In this document: piece by piece, positions 1 to 8,906 of the stretch
Layout: every line of letters begins with the position of its first letter
How positions within the stretch are numbered: position 1 is the first letter of the stretch
Origin: Acidobacteriota bacterium
Lineage (GTDB): Bacteria > Acidobacteriota > CAIWXX01
Assembly: GCA_040755995.1 (NCBI GenBank)
Contig: JBFMAF010000036.1
Coordinates: 256,001 to 320,000, forward strand
Direction: 5' to 3'
DNA: 64,000 bases
Translations under genes and position numbers: made by a program
The notes under the pieces: model-generated
The model's database searches: none
What the model was told of the DNA's origin: nothing
What the model saw: the letters and a program-made list of their open reading frames with translations, nothing else

Positions 1-373
1 CGCGCTCGGATTGATCACCTCACCCAGGGTGGCTCTCCCGTACCTCCTCGTGGGCGGGATGGTCAACGGCTTCATCTACAACACGATTGTGACGATCCTG
101 CAGCTCTCGACACCTTCGGAGATCAGAGGGAGGGTCTTCGGCGTTCTCGGCACAATCGCGAGCGGCCTCATGCCTCTCGCCATGGGGTTGGCCGGCTGGG
201 TGGCAGACCTGACGCACCAGAACATCCCGCTGATCTTCGGAGCCTGCGGCTCGATACAAGTACTCTTGACACTGACCGTCGCATTGAATCGGAAGTTCCG
301 CGGGTTCATTGCGTTCGAACCGATCCGGAACGAGGTTCCGGGCCCCGTCGAGCTCGGAGAAGAGGTCGTCTGA
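1..373 (+). CDS. MFS transporter, C-terminal part (runs off window start)
   Basis: Hydrophobic helices and the motif LQLSTPSEIRGRVFG typical of the MFS C-terminal half; stop overlaps the next ATG (TGATG). Confidence 0.85.
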   Translation, partial: ALGLITSPRVALPYLLVGGMVNGFIYNTIVTILQLSTPSEIRGRVFGVLGTIASGLMPLAMGLAGWVADLTHQNIPLIFGACGSIQVLLTLTVALNRKFRGFIAFEPIRNEVPGPVELGEEVV

Positions 374-1473
374 TGTCCCAGTTTGGCGAGCCGTCGCCCC
401 CATCCCACGCCCGGACGAACCCCGCGCGAACGCCGTTCGTTGCCGCGCCGGCGGCCGACGGGATACCGGAAGAGGTGGGCGCCGCCGTCTCCGGGATTAC
501 GATCGATGACATCAGAGCTGCGGCGCGTCGTCTGGCCGGTGTCGCCTACCGGACGCCGGTCTTGAGATTCCCGGGTCTGGATGATCTGGTGGGAGCTGCC
601 GTCTTTCTCAAGTGCGAGAATTTTCAGCGCTGTGGCGCGTTCAAGTTCCGCGGGGCCTACAATGCGATGAGCCAGCTGAGCCACGAGCAGCGCCGCCGCG
701 GCGCGGTCTCCTTCTCCTCCGGGAATCATGCGCAGGGGGTGGCACTGGCCGGGAAGATCCTCGACATACCGGCAGCGATCGTCATGCCTCACGACGCGCC
801 CGCTGTGAAGGTGGAAGCCACTCGCCGGTACGGCGCCGAAATCATCCGCTATCACCGCTACAGGGGAAACCGCGAAGAGATCGCCGGCCGGCTCGCTGAT
901 GAGCGGGGCATGGCGCTCGTGCCATCCTCCGACCATCCGCACGTGGTTGCCGGCCAGGGCACGGTGGCTCTCGAGCTTCTCGAGGACGTCCCGGATCTGG
1001 ACCTCTTGATCGTGGCCATCGGAGGCGGCGGGTTGATCGCGGGATGCAGCATCGCGGCGCATGCCTTGCGGCCTCAGATGCGCATCATCGGTGTCGAGCC
1101 CGAAACGGCCAACGATTCGTACCTGTCGCTTCAGATGGGAAGACGCGTGTCAACGGCACCTTCGGATTCCATTGCCGACGGCCTTCTGCCGACGGCGCCG
1201 GGGGTGATCCCGTTTTCGGTAATGAAGGAACACCTCGACCGGATAGTCCTCGTGAGCGACGATGAGATCGCGGACGCGGTGCGATACCTGGTGATGCAGA
1301 CGAAGATCGTGGTTGAGCCAAGCGGTGCCGCGCCCATTGCGGCGCTGCTGAGCGGCCGCATCGCGAATGTCGAAGGACGTAGAATCGGCATCGTACTCTC
1401 GGGCGGGAACATTGACGCCGCGAAGCTCGCCGAGATCCTCTCGTGCAGGGTGCCCGCGTCGACTACCGCCTGA
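373..1473 (+). CDS. PLP-dependent Ser/Thr dehydratase family (threo-3-hydroxyaspartate ammonia-lyase/serine racemase-like, no ACT domain)
   Basis: LKCENFQRCGAFKFRGA (PLP Lys), SSGNHAQG, GGGGL, VEPSGA and SGGN motifs. Confidence 0.9.
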   Translation: MSQFGEPSPPSHARTNPARTPFVAAPAADGIPEEVGAAVSGITIDDIRAAARRLAGVAYRTPVLRFPGLDDLVGAAVFLKCENFQRCGAFKFRGAYNAMSQLSHEQRRRGAVSFSSGNHAQGVALAGKILDIPAAIVMPHDAPAVKVEATRRYGAEIIRYHRYRGNREEIAGRLADERGMALVPSSDHPHVVAGQGTVALELLEDVPDLDLLIVAIGGGGLIAGCSIAAHALRPQMRIIGVEPETANDSYLSLQMGRRVSTAPSDSIADGLLPTAPGVIPFSVMKEHLDRIVLVSDDEIADAVRYLVMQTKIVVEPSGAAPIAALLSGRIANVEGRRIGIVLSGGNIDAAKLAEILSCRVPASTTA

Positions 1474-2245
1474 GGCTCGCCAGCAGTCGATGGAAGATCA
1501 GGCGCGTGAGTGGAGTCCGATTGGCGTGCAGGTAGAAATGATCCCCCGGGAACATCCGCACTGAGAACGAAGCCGCCGTGTGCCGGTCCCATGCCTCCAG
1601 AGATTCGCGATCCACCTCGGAGTCCTCCAGTCCGCCGAAGGCCCAGATGGGGCATTCCAGCGTCTGCTCCGCTGCATAGGAGTAAGTCTCGTTCACGGAA
1701 AAATCCGCCCGGATGACGGGCAGGAACAACGACATCACTTCCTGGTTTCCAAGGATTTCCTGCGGAATGCCGTTCAGACGCCGGAGGAAATCCACAAGCT
1801 CCGCATCGGGCAGTGCGTGCACTGGGGGCCTGCGGGGCGGGAGCTGTGGAGCTCGACGCCCGGAGACGAACAGCTGAATCGGCTGAGGATCGCTCCGACG
1901 GTGGAGCAGCCGAGCGAGCTCGAAGGCGACCAGCGCGCCAAGACTGTGACCGAAGAAGGCGAAAGGGAGGCCCAGACATGGAAGGATCGACTCGCGAAGG
2001 GGCTCGATCACCTCGCACATGGACGCGACGGCCGGCTCCCTCCACCGGTTCTCCCTACCCGGCAGTTGTATCGCGACGACCTCTATCTCCTGCGGCGCCC
2101 CTTCAGCCCACTGTCGAAAGACCGAGGCGGCCCCTCCCGCGTACGGGAAGCAGAACAGGCGCAACCTGGCCTGGAGGTTGCGCCTGGGGAAAACCAGCCA
2201 CGTTTGTTCGGACTCGGACTCGGGCGTCTTGCTCATCGGAGCCAT
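1463..2245 (-). CDS. Type II thioesterase (GrsT/RifR-like); start may be 2236
   Basis: RLFCFPYAGG, QLPGRENR, FFGHSLG (GxSxG) and FPGDHFYL motifs. Confidence 0.92.
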   Translation of the reverse strand: MAPMSKTPESESEQTWLVFPRRNLQARLRLFCFPYAGGAASVFRQWAEGAPQEIEVVAIQLPGRENRWREPAVASMCEVIEPLRESILPCLGLPFAFFGHSLGALVAFELARLLHRRSDPQPIQLFVSGRRAPQLPPRRPPVHALPDAELVDFLRRLNGIPQEILGNQEVMSLFLPVIRADFSVNETYSYAAEQTLECPIWAFGGLEDSEVDRESLEAWDRHTAASFSVRMFPGDHFYLHANRTPLTRLIFHRLLASLRR

Positions 2246-2247
2246 AG

Positions 2248-2454
2248 ATAGAGCTGAGCAACAACGATGTCAAGTACCGGACAGGCAAGGTCACACTGTC
2301 GCGTGCCGCGGAGATCGCCGAGATGGATATCGAGTCGCTGAAGGAGAAGCTGGAGGAGAACGCCATTTCGATCCCGGTCACAGAAAGCCCTGACGATATC
2401 AGACTCGGCGCAACGGCGCTTGGCCGGGCCCGAGGCGAGAGTGAGGCGCATTGA
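2248..2454 (+). pseudogene. 5'-truncated UPF0175-like antitoxin remnant
   Basis: My translation: ...YRTGKVTLSRAAEIAEMDIESLKEKLEENAISIP...; an in-frame TAG at 2245-2247 directly precedes it and there is no start codon before the motif. Confidence 0.6.
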
Positions 2455-2560
2455 CACCGACGTCCTCTCGGCCCTCGCGAATATCCAGCACCCGGAGCTG
2501 CTCGATGTTATACAGATGATCAAAGATCTGCAGGCCAAGGATCGCATGGTTTTCACGTAG
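2441..2560 (+). pseudogene. Internally deleted PIN-domain toxin remnant
   Basis: 39 aa: VRRIDTDVLSALANIQHPELLDVIQMIKDLQAKDRMVFT*; PIN-like N-terminal DTD motif; overlaps the antitoxin remnant by 14 nt. Confidence 0.5.
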
Positions 2561-2644
2561 GGAACTGTCGACGCGATCCTTGGGGAACGGTGAGCGGAGC
2601 TTTAGAGAACGCCGGTGGAACGCTCGCCGGCGATGCCCGCGGGC

Positions 2645-3550
2645 TCACGCGGTCCGCGACATCGTGAGGGTGACGCCGAGGGTGACAAGGGCAAGGGCGA
2701 GAAAGACCGGCGTCGTGAACGGATCGCCGTCCAGGAGCACGCCGAGAAGCACCGCCACGACCGGGTTGACGTAGGCGTAGCTCGCCACGCGGTGCGTCGG
2801 CTGGTGCTCGAGAAGCCATGCATAGGCTGTGAAGGCCAGGCACGAGCCGAAGAGCGCAAGATAGATCACGATCGCCCACGTCCGATTCGATACCTGCGCG
2901 ATCGAGCCCACCGTGTACTCACCCAGCGCTGCCCCGAGGACCAGCAGAATCAAGCCGCCTGCGATCATCTCTATGCCCGCCCCGAGGAAGATCGACCGTG
3001 GCATCGCCTTTCTCTTGGTATAGAGTCCGGCGGCGACCCAGGCGATGGAGGCCAGCGGGAGCGCCAGGGCCCACGGCGAACCCCGCTCCGATGAACCATG
3101 AATCGACGGCCACAACAGCAGGCACACACCGCAGAAGCCGATGAGTATTCCGGCGATCTGACGGACCGACAGCGACTTGCCCGCCAGCAGATAGTCGCCC
3201 AACGCGAACCAGAACGGCGAGGCGGCAACTATCAACGCGGTGGTGCTCGAGTTGACCGTCCGCTCAGCATATGCCACCACTCCCGTGCCCCCCACCAGCA
3301 TCACCGCGCCGGCGATCGCAGCAGTCTTGATCTCATCCGCAGTCGGGCGCAACCGCCGCTGAAAGAAACACCAGACCCCGAGGTTCACCAATCCGGCCAC
3401 CAGGAACCGAAGCGCCAGCAGCGCGGACGGCGAGAAGTCCCGCACCCCCATGCGGATCGCCAGATACGTCGATCCCCACACTACATACACAGCCAGAAAC
3501 GCCAGAACCGTCATCGCGAGCGTCTTCTTGTGACTGTCCATGGCCTTCAT
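2645..3550 (-). CDS. EamA/DMT family transporter (YedA-like)
   Basis: VYVVWGSTYLAIR, SYAYVNPVVAVLLG; about 10 TM segments. Confidence 0.92.
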   Translation of the reverse strand: MKAMDSHKKTLAMTVLAFLAVYVVWGSTYLAIRMGVRDFSPSALLALRFLVAGLVNLGVWCFFQRRLRPTADEIKTAAIAGAVMLVGGTGVVAYAERTVNSSTTALIVAASPFWFALGDYLLAGKSLSVRQIAGILIGFCGVCLLLWPSIHGSSERGSPWALALPLASIAWVAAGLYTKRKAMPRSIFLGAGIEMIAGGLILLVLGAALGEYTVGSIAQVSNRTWAIVIYLALFGSCLAFTAYAWLLEHQPTHRVASYAYVNPVVAVLLGVLLDGDPFTTPVFLALALVTLGVTLTMSRTA

Positions 3551-3552
3551 CC

Positions 3553-4065
3553 CTATCTCCCCGCGCCCACTCCCCGCCCTGTCCTCCGCGCCCGAGCGCT
3601 CCGCACCGCCTCCGCCTTAGGATACGTCTTCTCAAAGACCGTCCCCAATACCACCGTCGTCCTCGATGTCACGGGCTCACGCGTGTCTTTGATGTGGTCG
3701 AGCAGCCGAGAGAGATCCTCGACACTCCCGGCGCAGACCTTCAACACGAAGCAGTCCTCACCCGCCACGCTGTGCAGCTCCAGCACCCGCCGGTCCGCCG
3801 CCAGCCCCCGTATCCTCGACACCTCGCCCGGAACAACCTGCTGCCCATATCGAAGCGTGACAAACGCGGTGATCGGCAGCCCGAGCACCTTCCGGTCCAC
3901 ATCCGCGTGAAACCCGCGAAAAACGCCGGCACGCCGGAGCTTCTGCATCCGCGCCTGAAGCGCAGGGCGCGACAGCGACACCTCCCTCGCCAGATCCACC
4001 TGCGAGATCCGCGCGTCCTCCAGAAGGCATTTGACAATCTGTAAATCCAAATCATCTAATTGCAT
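3553..4065 (-). CDS. Lrp/AsnC family transcriptional regulator
   Basis: MQLDDLDLQIVKCLLEDARISQVDLAREVSLS HTH; VAGEDCFVLKV effector domain; start re-called at ATG 4065. Confidence 0.9.
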   Translation of the reverse strand: MQLDDLDLQIVKCLLEDARISQVDLAREVSLSRPALQARMQKLRRAGVFRGFHADVDRKVLGLPITAFVTLRYGQQVVPGEVSRIRGLAADRRVLELHSVAGEDCFVLKVCAGSVEDLSRLLDHIKDTREPVTSRTTVVLGTVFEKTYPKAEAVRSARARRTGRGVGAGR

Positions 4066-4071
4066 ACATTT

Positions 4072-4101
4072 AGTATAGCCAATAGGCCATATGGTTGTCA
4101 A
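4072..4101 (-). promoter_or_regulatory. sigma70-type promoter, probably giving a leaderless Lrp transcript
   Basis: Minus strand TTGACA-N18-TATACT ending 6 nt before the ATG at 4065. Confidence 0.6.
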
Positions 4102-4249
4102 CAGAAAAGGAGAGGCTTGACCGAAGTTGTCATCTTGCAGTGCCACCGCCCCCAAACCCCGCCACTCGTGCCGTGCGGAGACCTGCGATGCGTCACACCG
4201 GGAGCCGCGAATAGGCACCCTTGCCGCAGCCCGGTCTACCGCCACCCGT

Positions 4250-4284
4250 CAACTGGCAACTGACAACCCACAACTGTCAGCTGC
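4250..4284. repeat. 5 degenerate tandem heptamers (CAACTGN)
   Basis: caactgg caactga caaccca caactgt cagctgc, abutting the Hsp70-like stop codon. Confidence 0.7.
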
Positions 4285-6002
4285 TACTGCAGTCGGACTA
4301 CGGGTTCCTCCACCATCAAGTGTTTGCGCACCTTGAGGTCGAAGACGCTCGCCGTGAGCCAGCGGTCCTCATTCACCGCGAACTCGATCTCCAGACGCGC
4401 CGCGCGCTCGCGCGGGTGGTGAGGCGGTTCGAGGTAGCCCATGGTCGGGTTGGCCTCGTTGAGCGGCACGATCACAGTCTTCTGCTTCTGCTCGCCTCCG
4501 ACCGTGTGCAACCTGCCGGACTGGTCCCAGACGAACCGCCTGTGGTCGTCGTGCGCCCGGCCCATCTCACAGATGACCAGCTTGTAGATCCTCTCGGGCT
4601 CGCCCAGCGGGCATGTGGGCGTGACGTGCCGTCTCCAGACGGGCTCCGCCGTGGGGATACGTGTTCCCTGCGGGACGATGATCTGGTACTCGGGTTCGTG
4701 AGTCTTCCGGTCGTAGGTCACGAAGGCGTAGTCATGCAGGATAACGTCGGTCGGCTCGATCGCCCCCGCGGCGAAGATGCAGCCGCCGAACGCCACGGCT
4801 TCGAAAGGCTGCCACGCCCTCATGCGGTCGCGGCCGAATCGCGCCGCGATGCGCGAATAGACCTCCGGCAGCAAGGTCGACCCGCCTACCATGATGACAT
4901 CCTCGACATCCTCGCTCTTGACGCCCTGCGCGGCGGCCTGTTCGATGACCCGGTCGACAACCGTGTCGATCGCGCGATAGAGGCCGTTGCGCGTGAGCAG
5001 CTCGGTCAGATCCTCGCGCGTGAAGTCGACCTCGGCGCGCGCATCGCACGCTGCGTCGAGTCTTCTCATGTCCTCCGGTGGGATCACGAGGAACCGCTCC
5101 TGCGGCCGCGTGTAGAGCGATTCCTTCACGCGGCATGCCTCGCGCGTCAGCGCCTGGTACCACCATTCCATCCGAGACGCCTGCGAGCCGGGGGCCCCCG
5201 GCGCGATCGCGTTCCGCAGATCGTATCCGAGCTTGTTGCAGAAGCCCTCGACGAGCCACGCGTCCACCAGGTTCCCGCCCATGGGGATGCCCTCTTTGGC
5301 GATGACACGGCAGGAGCCGGAGCTGAGCGAGTCCCGGTCCAGCTCGATGACGGCGGCGTCGAACGTGCCTCCTCCGAAGTTGATCGCCAGCACGGTCGAA
5401 GGATCGCCCCGCCCGACGCCGTAGCCGAGGGCGGCCGCCACCGGCTCGTCCAGAGTGCGGAATCGGCGAATGCCGAGCCGCTCGGCGATCGCCTTGAGCT
5501 CTGCGCGGTACGGCTCGTAGCTGTCTACAGGCGTAGTAAATACGACTTCCCGCGGGCGCTCCTTCGTCGCCGCCGTCACGGCCGCCAGGAGCTCGCGCAT
5601 GAAGGCGGCTGCGGTCTGGCGCGTGGTGACGGGGCGGCGGCGGGCGCGCGCGAGCACCCGAAGGCTCTCGCGCCCGAGGTACGGTTTGAATACAGGCACG
5701 AATCCCGTGGCGGACCTCGACACCCAGTGGTCGATGGCCGGCTGTCCGATGATCGCCTGCTTGCCGATGAAGAAGCGCTTCAGCAGAAGCGGGTGCGAGC
5801 CGAGGCGGTCGCGGAAGCGTCTGGCCGGCGGGAAGAGGACGCACGAGGGCACGAGGCTGGGGATCTGTAGCTGCGAGGAGCTCTCGGGCAGCCTGCGGCA
5901 GATCTCGGGAAGGCTGACCATCTCGGGTTCGTCCGTCACGTCGTTCCAGCGGGCGACGAGCGAGTTGGTTGTCCCGAGGTCGATTGCCCAGAACTTCGAC
6001 AC
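4284..6002 (-). CDS. Hsp70-family (DnaK-like, non-canonical) protein
   Basis: AIDLGTTNS, LDEPVAAALGYG, INFGGGTFD and VGGSTLLP ATPase motifs; divergent C-terminal domain. Confidence 0.85.
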   Translation of the reverse strand: MSKFWAIDLGTTNSLVARWNDVTDEPEMVSLPEICRRLPESSSQLQIPSLVPSCVLFPPARRFRDRLGSHPLLLKRFFIGKQAIIGQPAIDHWVSRSATGFVPVFKPYLGRESLRVLARARRRPVTTRQTAAAFMRELLAAVTAATKERPREVVFTTPVDSYEPYRAELKAIAERLGIRRFRTLDEPVAAALGYGVGRGDPSTVLAINFGGGTFDAAVIELDRDSLSSGSCRVIAKEGIPMGGNLVDAWLVEGFCNKLGYDLRNAIAPGAPGSQASRMEWWYQALTREACRVKESLYTRPQERFLVIPPEDMRRLDAACDARAEVDFTREDLTELLTRNGLYRAIDTVVDRVIEQAAAQGVKSEDVEDVIMVGGSTLLPEVYSRIAARFGRDRMRAWQPFEAVAFGGCIFAAGAIEPTDVILHDYAFVTYDRKTHEPEYQIIVPQGTRIPTAEPVWRRHVTPTCPLGEPERIYKLVICEMGRAHDDHRRFVWDQSGRLHTVGGEQKQKTVIVPLNEANPTMGYLEPPHHPRERAARLEIEFAVNEDRWLTASVFDLKVRKHLMVEEPVVRLQ

Positions 6003-6229
6003 TATCGACTCCTACGGCGAGCGAGCGTGACGCCGTGCCGTGCCTTGGCTGTACATCGCCTCAAAGTAAGCCACCGAAGCGGCCTCTTGTCAAATCGCCC
6101 GGATGGGGTGAGAATCCGGTGTCATGCAGCCCAGTAGAGGTGGGTGCCGGCCGCGGGCGGCAGGCGGATAGACAGGCGATGCCGGAAGTCGAAGCAGCCC
6201 GATCGCAAAACGAGAATCGGACCCTGGCG

Positions 6230-7996
6230 ATGAGGGGGCGCGTGATCGGAGGGAGCCTCTTCGTGTTTGCCCTGTTTGTCCGGATCATCTACCTCGTTCA
6301 ACTCCGTGCCTCGCCTCTCTTCGACTCTCCGATCATGGACCCGCTCTATCACCACGAGTGGGCCATGAAGCTGGCCGGTGGGGATTGGCTCGGTCATGCG
6401 GCGTTCTTTCGCGCTCCTCTGTATCCCTACCTGCTGGGGCTGCTCTACGCCCTATTCGGCCAGAGCTTCCTGATTCCACGACTGCTGCAGTTCGTGATGG
6501 GCGCGGCGAGCTGTGTGCTGGTCTGGAAGATAGGCTCCAGGATCTTCAACCCGCAAGTTGGAGTGATCTCCGGCCTTGTGGCGTGTCTCTACGGGCCGTC
6601 CATCTACTTCGAAGGCGAGCTTCTGCTGGAGCCGTTCGCCACGCTGCTGAGCCTTTCGAGCGTCTTGCTTCTCATCGACAGGCGCTACCTCTGGGCAGGC
6701 ATCGTGCTTGGCCTCTCAGCGATCACTCGCCCGAACGTGCTCCTGTTCGCCGCACTTGTACCCCTGCTGGCGTATTTCTTCGAATCGAGCCGTGTTGCGA
6801 AGAGGAGGACTCCTGCGTGGCATATGTTGCTGCCCTGGGTGGGAGTAGTCCTGATCGTGGCACCGGTCACGATCAGGAACTGGGTGCTGAGCAAGGACCT
6901 GGTTCTTGTCGCGTGGCAAGGAGGCGTCAATTTCCATATCGGCAACAACCCGCGTTCCGACTGCATGACGGCAGTGGTGCCCGGCACGAGCGCGTCCTGG
7001 TGGGGAGGCTACTACGACACGATCAGGATAGCGGAAACGGAGACAGGGAGAAGGCTCAAGCCGTCGGAGGTCTCGGACTTCTGGTTCGGGAAATCGCTCG
7101 ATTTCATCCGAAAAGACCCCATTCTCTGGTTGAAGCTGATGTTGAAGAAGACCTGGCTCTTCTGGCAAGGGTGGGAGATATCGAACAACCAGGACATCTA
7201 CTACTTCTCGTCAAAGTACTCACACTTGCTCGGGATGCTGATCTGGGGTAGAGGCATCGGTTTCCCCTTCGGACTGGTCTCTCCGCTGGCGCTCTGTGGG
7301 CTCATCGTCGCCCTCGGAGAATGGCGGAGGCACGCGTTCACAATCGGGTTCATTCTTCTTTACGCATTCTCATTCATCCTCTTCTTTGTCTGCTCGAGAT
7401 TCCGCATGCCGGTTATTCCCTTGCTCATCATCTATGCAGCTTTCTTCTGCACATGGCTGTGGGAGAGGAGGCATGAGAGGGTGCTCCTTCTTTGGGTCCC
7501 GGGTCTGCTTCTGCTGGCCCTGCTTTTGAACTGGAACTTCGCTCATCATCATGGAACCGACTACGCCAACTCGGACTATATTGTCGGCAGCGGCTGCATG
7601 AAGAAGGGCAGGTATGCCGAGGCGCTGGAGTATCTGCAGAAGGCCGTCGAGGAGAACCCGAAGCTGGCCGAGGCGTACCTCAACATCGGGAATATCCACG
7701 TTCGCCTGGGACAAGATGAGAAGGCATTTGATGCGTACAGGAGCGCCGTCCGATCGGATGCGAGATTCGGCAGAGCCTATTTCAATACCGGTTCGCTGCA
7801 CCTCAAGCGCCGGGAGTACGAGGAGGCGGTCAAGAGCTACCTCGATGCGATTCGACTCGAACCCACATACGAACCATCCTATCGCCATGCCAGTCTGGCC
7901 TACGCTGGCATGGGCGATACGGACAGAGCAGCGGCGATGTCACGCCTGGCGGATGAAATCCACCGGCGAGAGCTCAGCGCGCTCCAGCCCTATTGA
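6230..7996 (+). CDS. GT-C (PMT/ArnT-like) membrane glycosyltransferase with C-terminal TPRs
   Basis: SPIMDPLYHHEWA, FFRAPLYPYLLG, ITRPN, GGVNFHIGNNP, SRFRMP; TPR helices at the C-terminus. Start is uncertain (6179 or 6230). Confidence 0.8.
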   Translation: MRGRVIGGSLFVFALFVRIIYLVQLRASPLFDSPIMDPLYHHEWAMKLAGGDWLGHAAFFRAPLYPYLLGLLYALFGQSFLIPRLLQFVMGAASCVLVWKIGSRIFNPQVGVISGLVACLYGPSIYFEGELLLEPFATLLSLSSVLLLIDRRYLWAGIVLGLSAITRPNVLLFAALVPLLAYFFESSRVAKRRTPAWHMLLPWVGVVLIVAPVTIRNWVLSKDLVLVAWQGGVNFHIGNNPRSDCMTAVVPGTSASWWGGYYDTIRIAETETGRRLKPSEVSDFWFGKSLDFIRKDPILWLKLMLKKTWLFWQGWEISNNQDIYYFSSKYSHLLGMLIWGRGIGFPFGLVSPLALCGLIVALGEWRRHAFTIGFILLYAFSFILFFVCSRFRMPVIPLLIIYAAFFCTWLWERRHERVLLLWVPGLLLLALLLNWNFAHHHGTDYANSDYIVGSGCMKKGRYAEALEYLQKAVEENPKLAEAYLNIGNIHVRLGQDEKAFDAYRSAVRSDARFGRAYFNTGSLHLKRREYEEAVKSYLDAIRLEPTYEPSYRHASLAYAGMGDTDRAAAMSRLADEIHRRELSALQPY

Positions 7997-8182
7997 CGGC
8001 GAAGCGGGCAAGGCCCGGAGGAAGGGCGGCACAAGCGGGCGCCCATCAGTCAGCGCCAGTATCGCCCCCTCCGGCGCTCCTCGATCCGTAGCCGCGGATA
8101 GGTGGTCCACGTCCGTGAACAGATGGAACGCGGCGGCACGCCATTGACTCGGCCTCGCAGCAACGGATAGAGTCGCCCGGCC

Positions 8183-8497
8183 ATGAAGGCGCTGAAGATC
8201 GTTCTGCTTCTGGGCGGCGGCTGGATTGCCTGCCTGATCACGGGGTTCGTGCTCACTGGGATTTGCGCAGGTGTTACCGAGCGCTGGGGAGCCGCCAGAA
8301 CCGGAACGGCGATGATGTGGTTTCTCCTCGCCGATGCTGCTTTGTTCGCGATCAGCGCGATCCTCGTCTACGTCTTCCTGGGGCGGTGGCTGGCTCCCGG
8401 GAGCGGCCGTGTGCTCTTTGTCGTTGGATACGCGGCAGGCCTCGCTGTCATTTGGCTCCTCGTCGCCTTCATGAGCGCCGTCGCGCTCAACCGCTGA
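8183..8497 (+). CDS. Small 3-TM membrane protein of unknown function
   Basis: 104 aa, three hydrophobic segments; fills the gap between confident genes. Confidence 0.65.
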   Translation: MKALKIVLLLGGGWIACLITGFVLTGICAGVTERWGAARTGTAMMWFLLADAALFAISAILVYVFLGRWLAPGSGRVLFVVGYAAGLAVIWLLVAFMSAVALNR

Positions 8498-8531
8498 AAC
8501 GCAAGCGCGACTTGCGCGCGCGTGTCTTCCG

Positions 8532-8903
8532 TCACGAAGGCTCGACGTTCACGCGGTCTCCGTGGCTCTTCGGACATGAAATCACGATGAAGATCGTGTC
8601 GGCGCCAGACTCGTTGCGGAACTGGTGAGGCAGACCGGGCGGGACCTCGACGCCCTCCCCCTTCTTCAGCCGGACCTGCTCGTCGCCGATCACCATCGCG
8701 GCCTCACCATCGAGGATGTAGAAGAACTGCCGGGACATGCTGTGATAGTGCTTCACCTCGCGCCTGCCCGGCGGCACGCGCTCCTGAATCACGCTGAGCT
8801 CGTCCCTCTTCAGAAGGTGCCATCCCTCGCAGTCCCCGCCCCACACGTAGTGTTCCGCGCTCGATATCGATACGGGGGCCGCGTGTGCCGAACCGTCCAG
8901 CAT
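8532..8903 (-). CDS. Cupin domain protein
   Basis: HYH...QFFYILDGE and VPPGLPHQFRN cupin motifs; AGGAGG RBS upstream. Confidence 0.9.
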   Translation of the reverse strand: MLDGSAHAAPVSISSAEHYVWGGDCEGWHLLKRDELSVIQERVPPGRREVKHYHSMSRQFFYILDGEAAMVIGDEQVRLKKGEGVEVPPGLPHQFRNESGADTIFIVISCPKSHGDRVNVEPS

Positions 8904-8906
8904 AGA

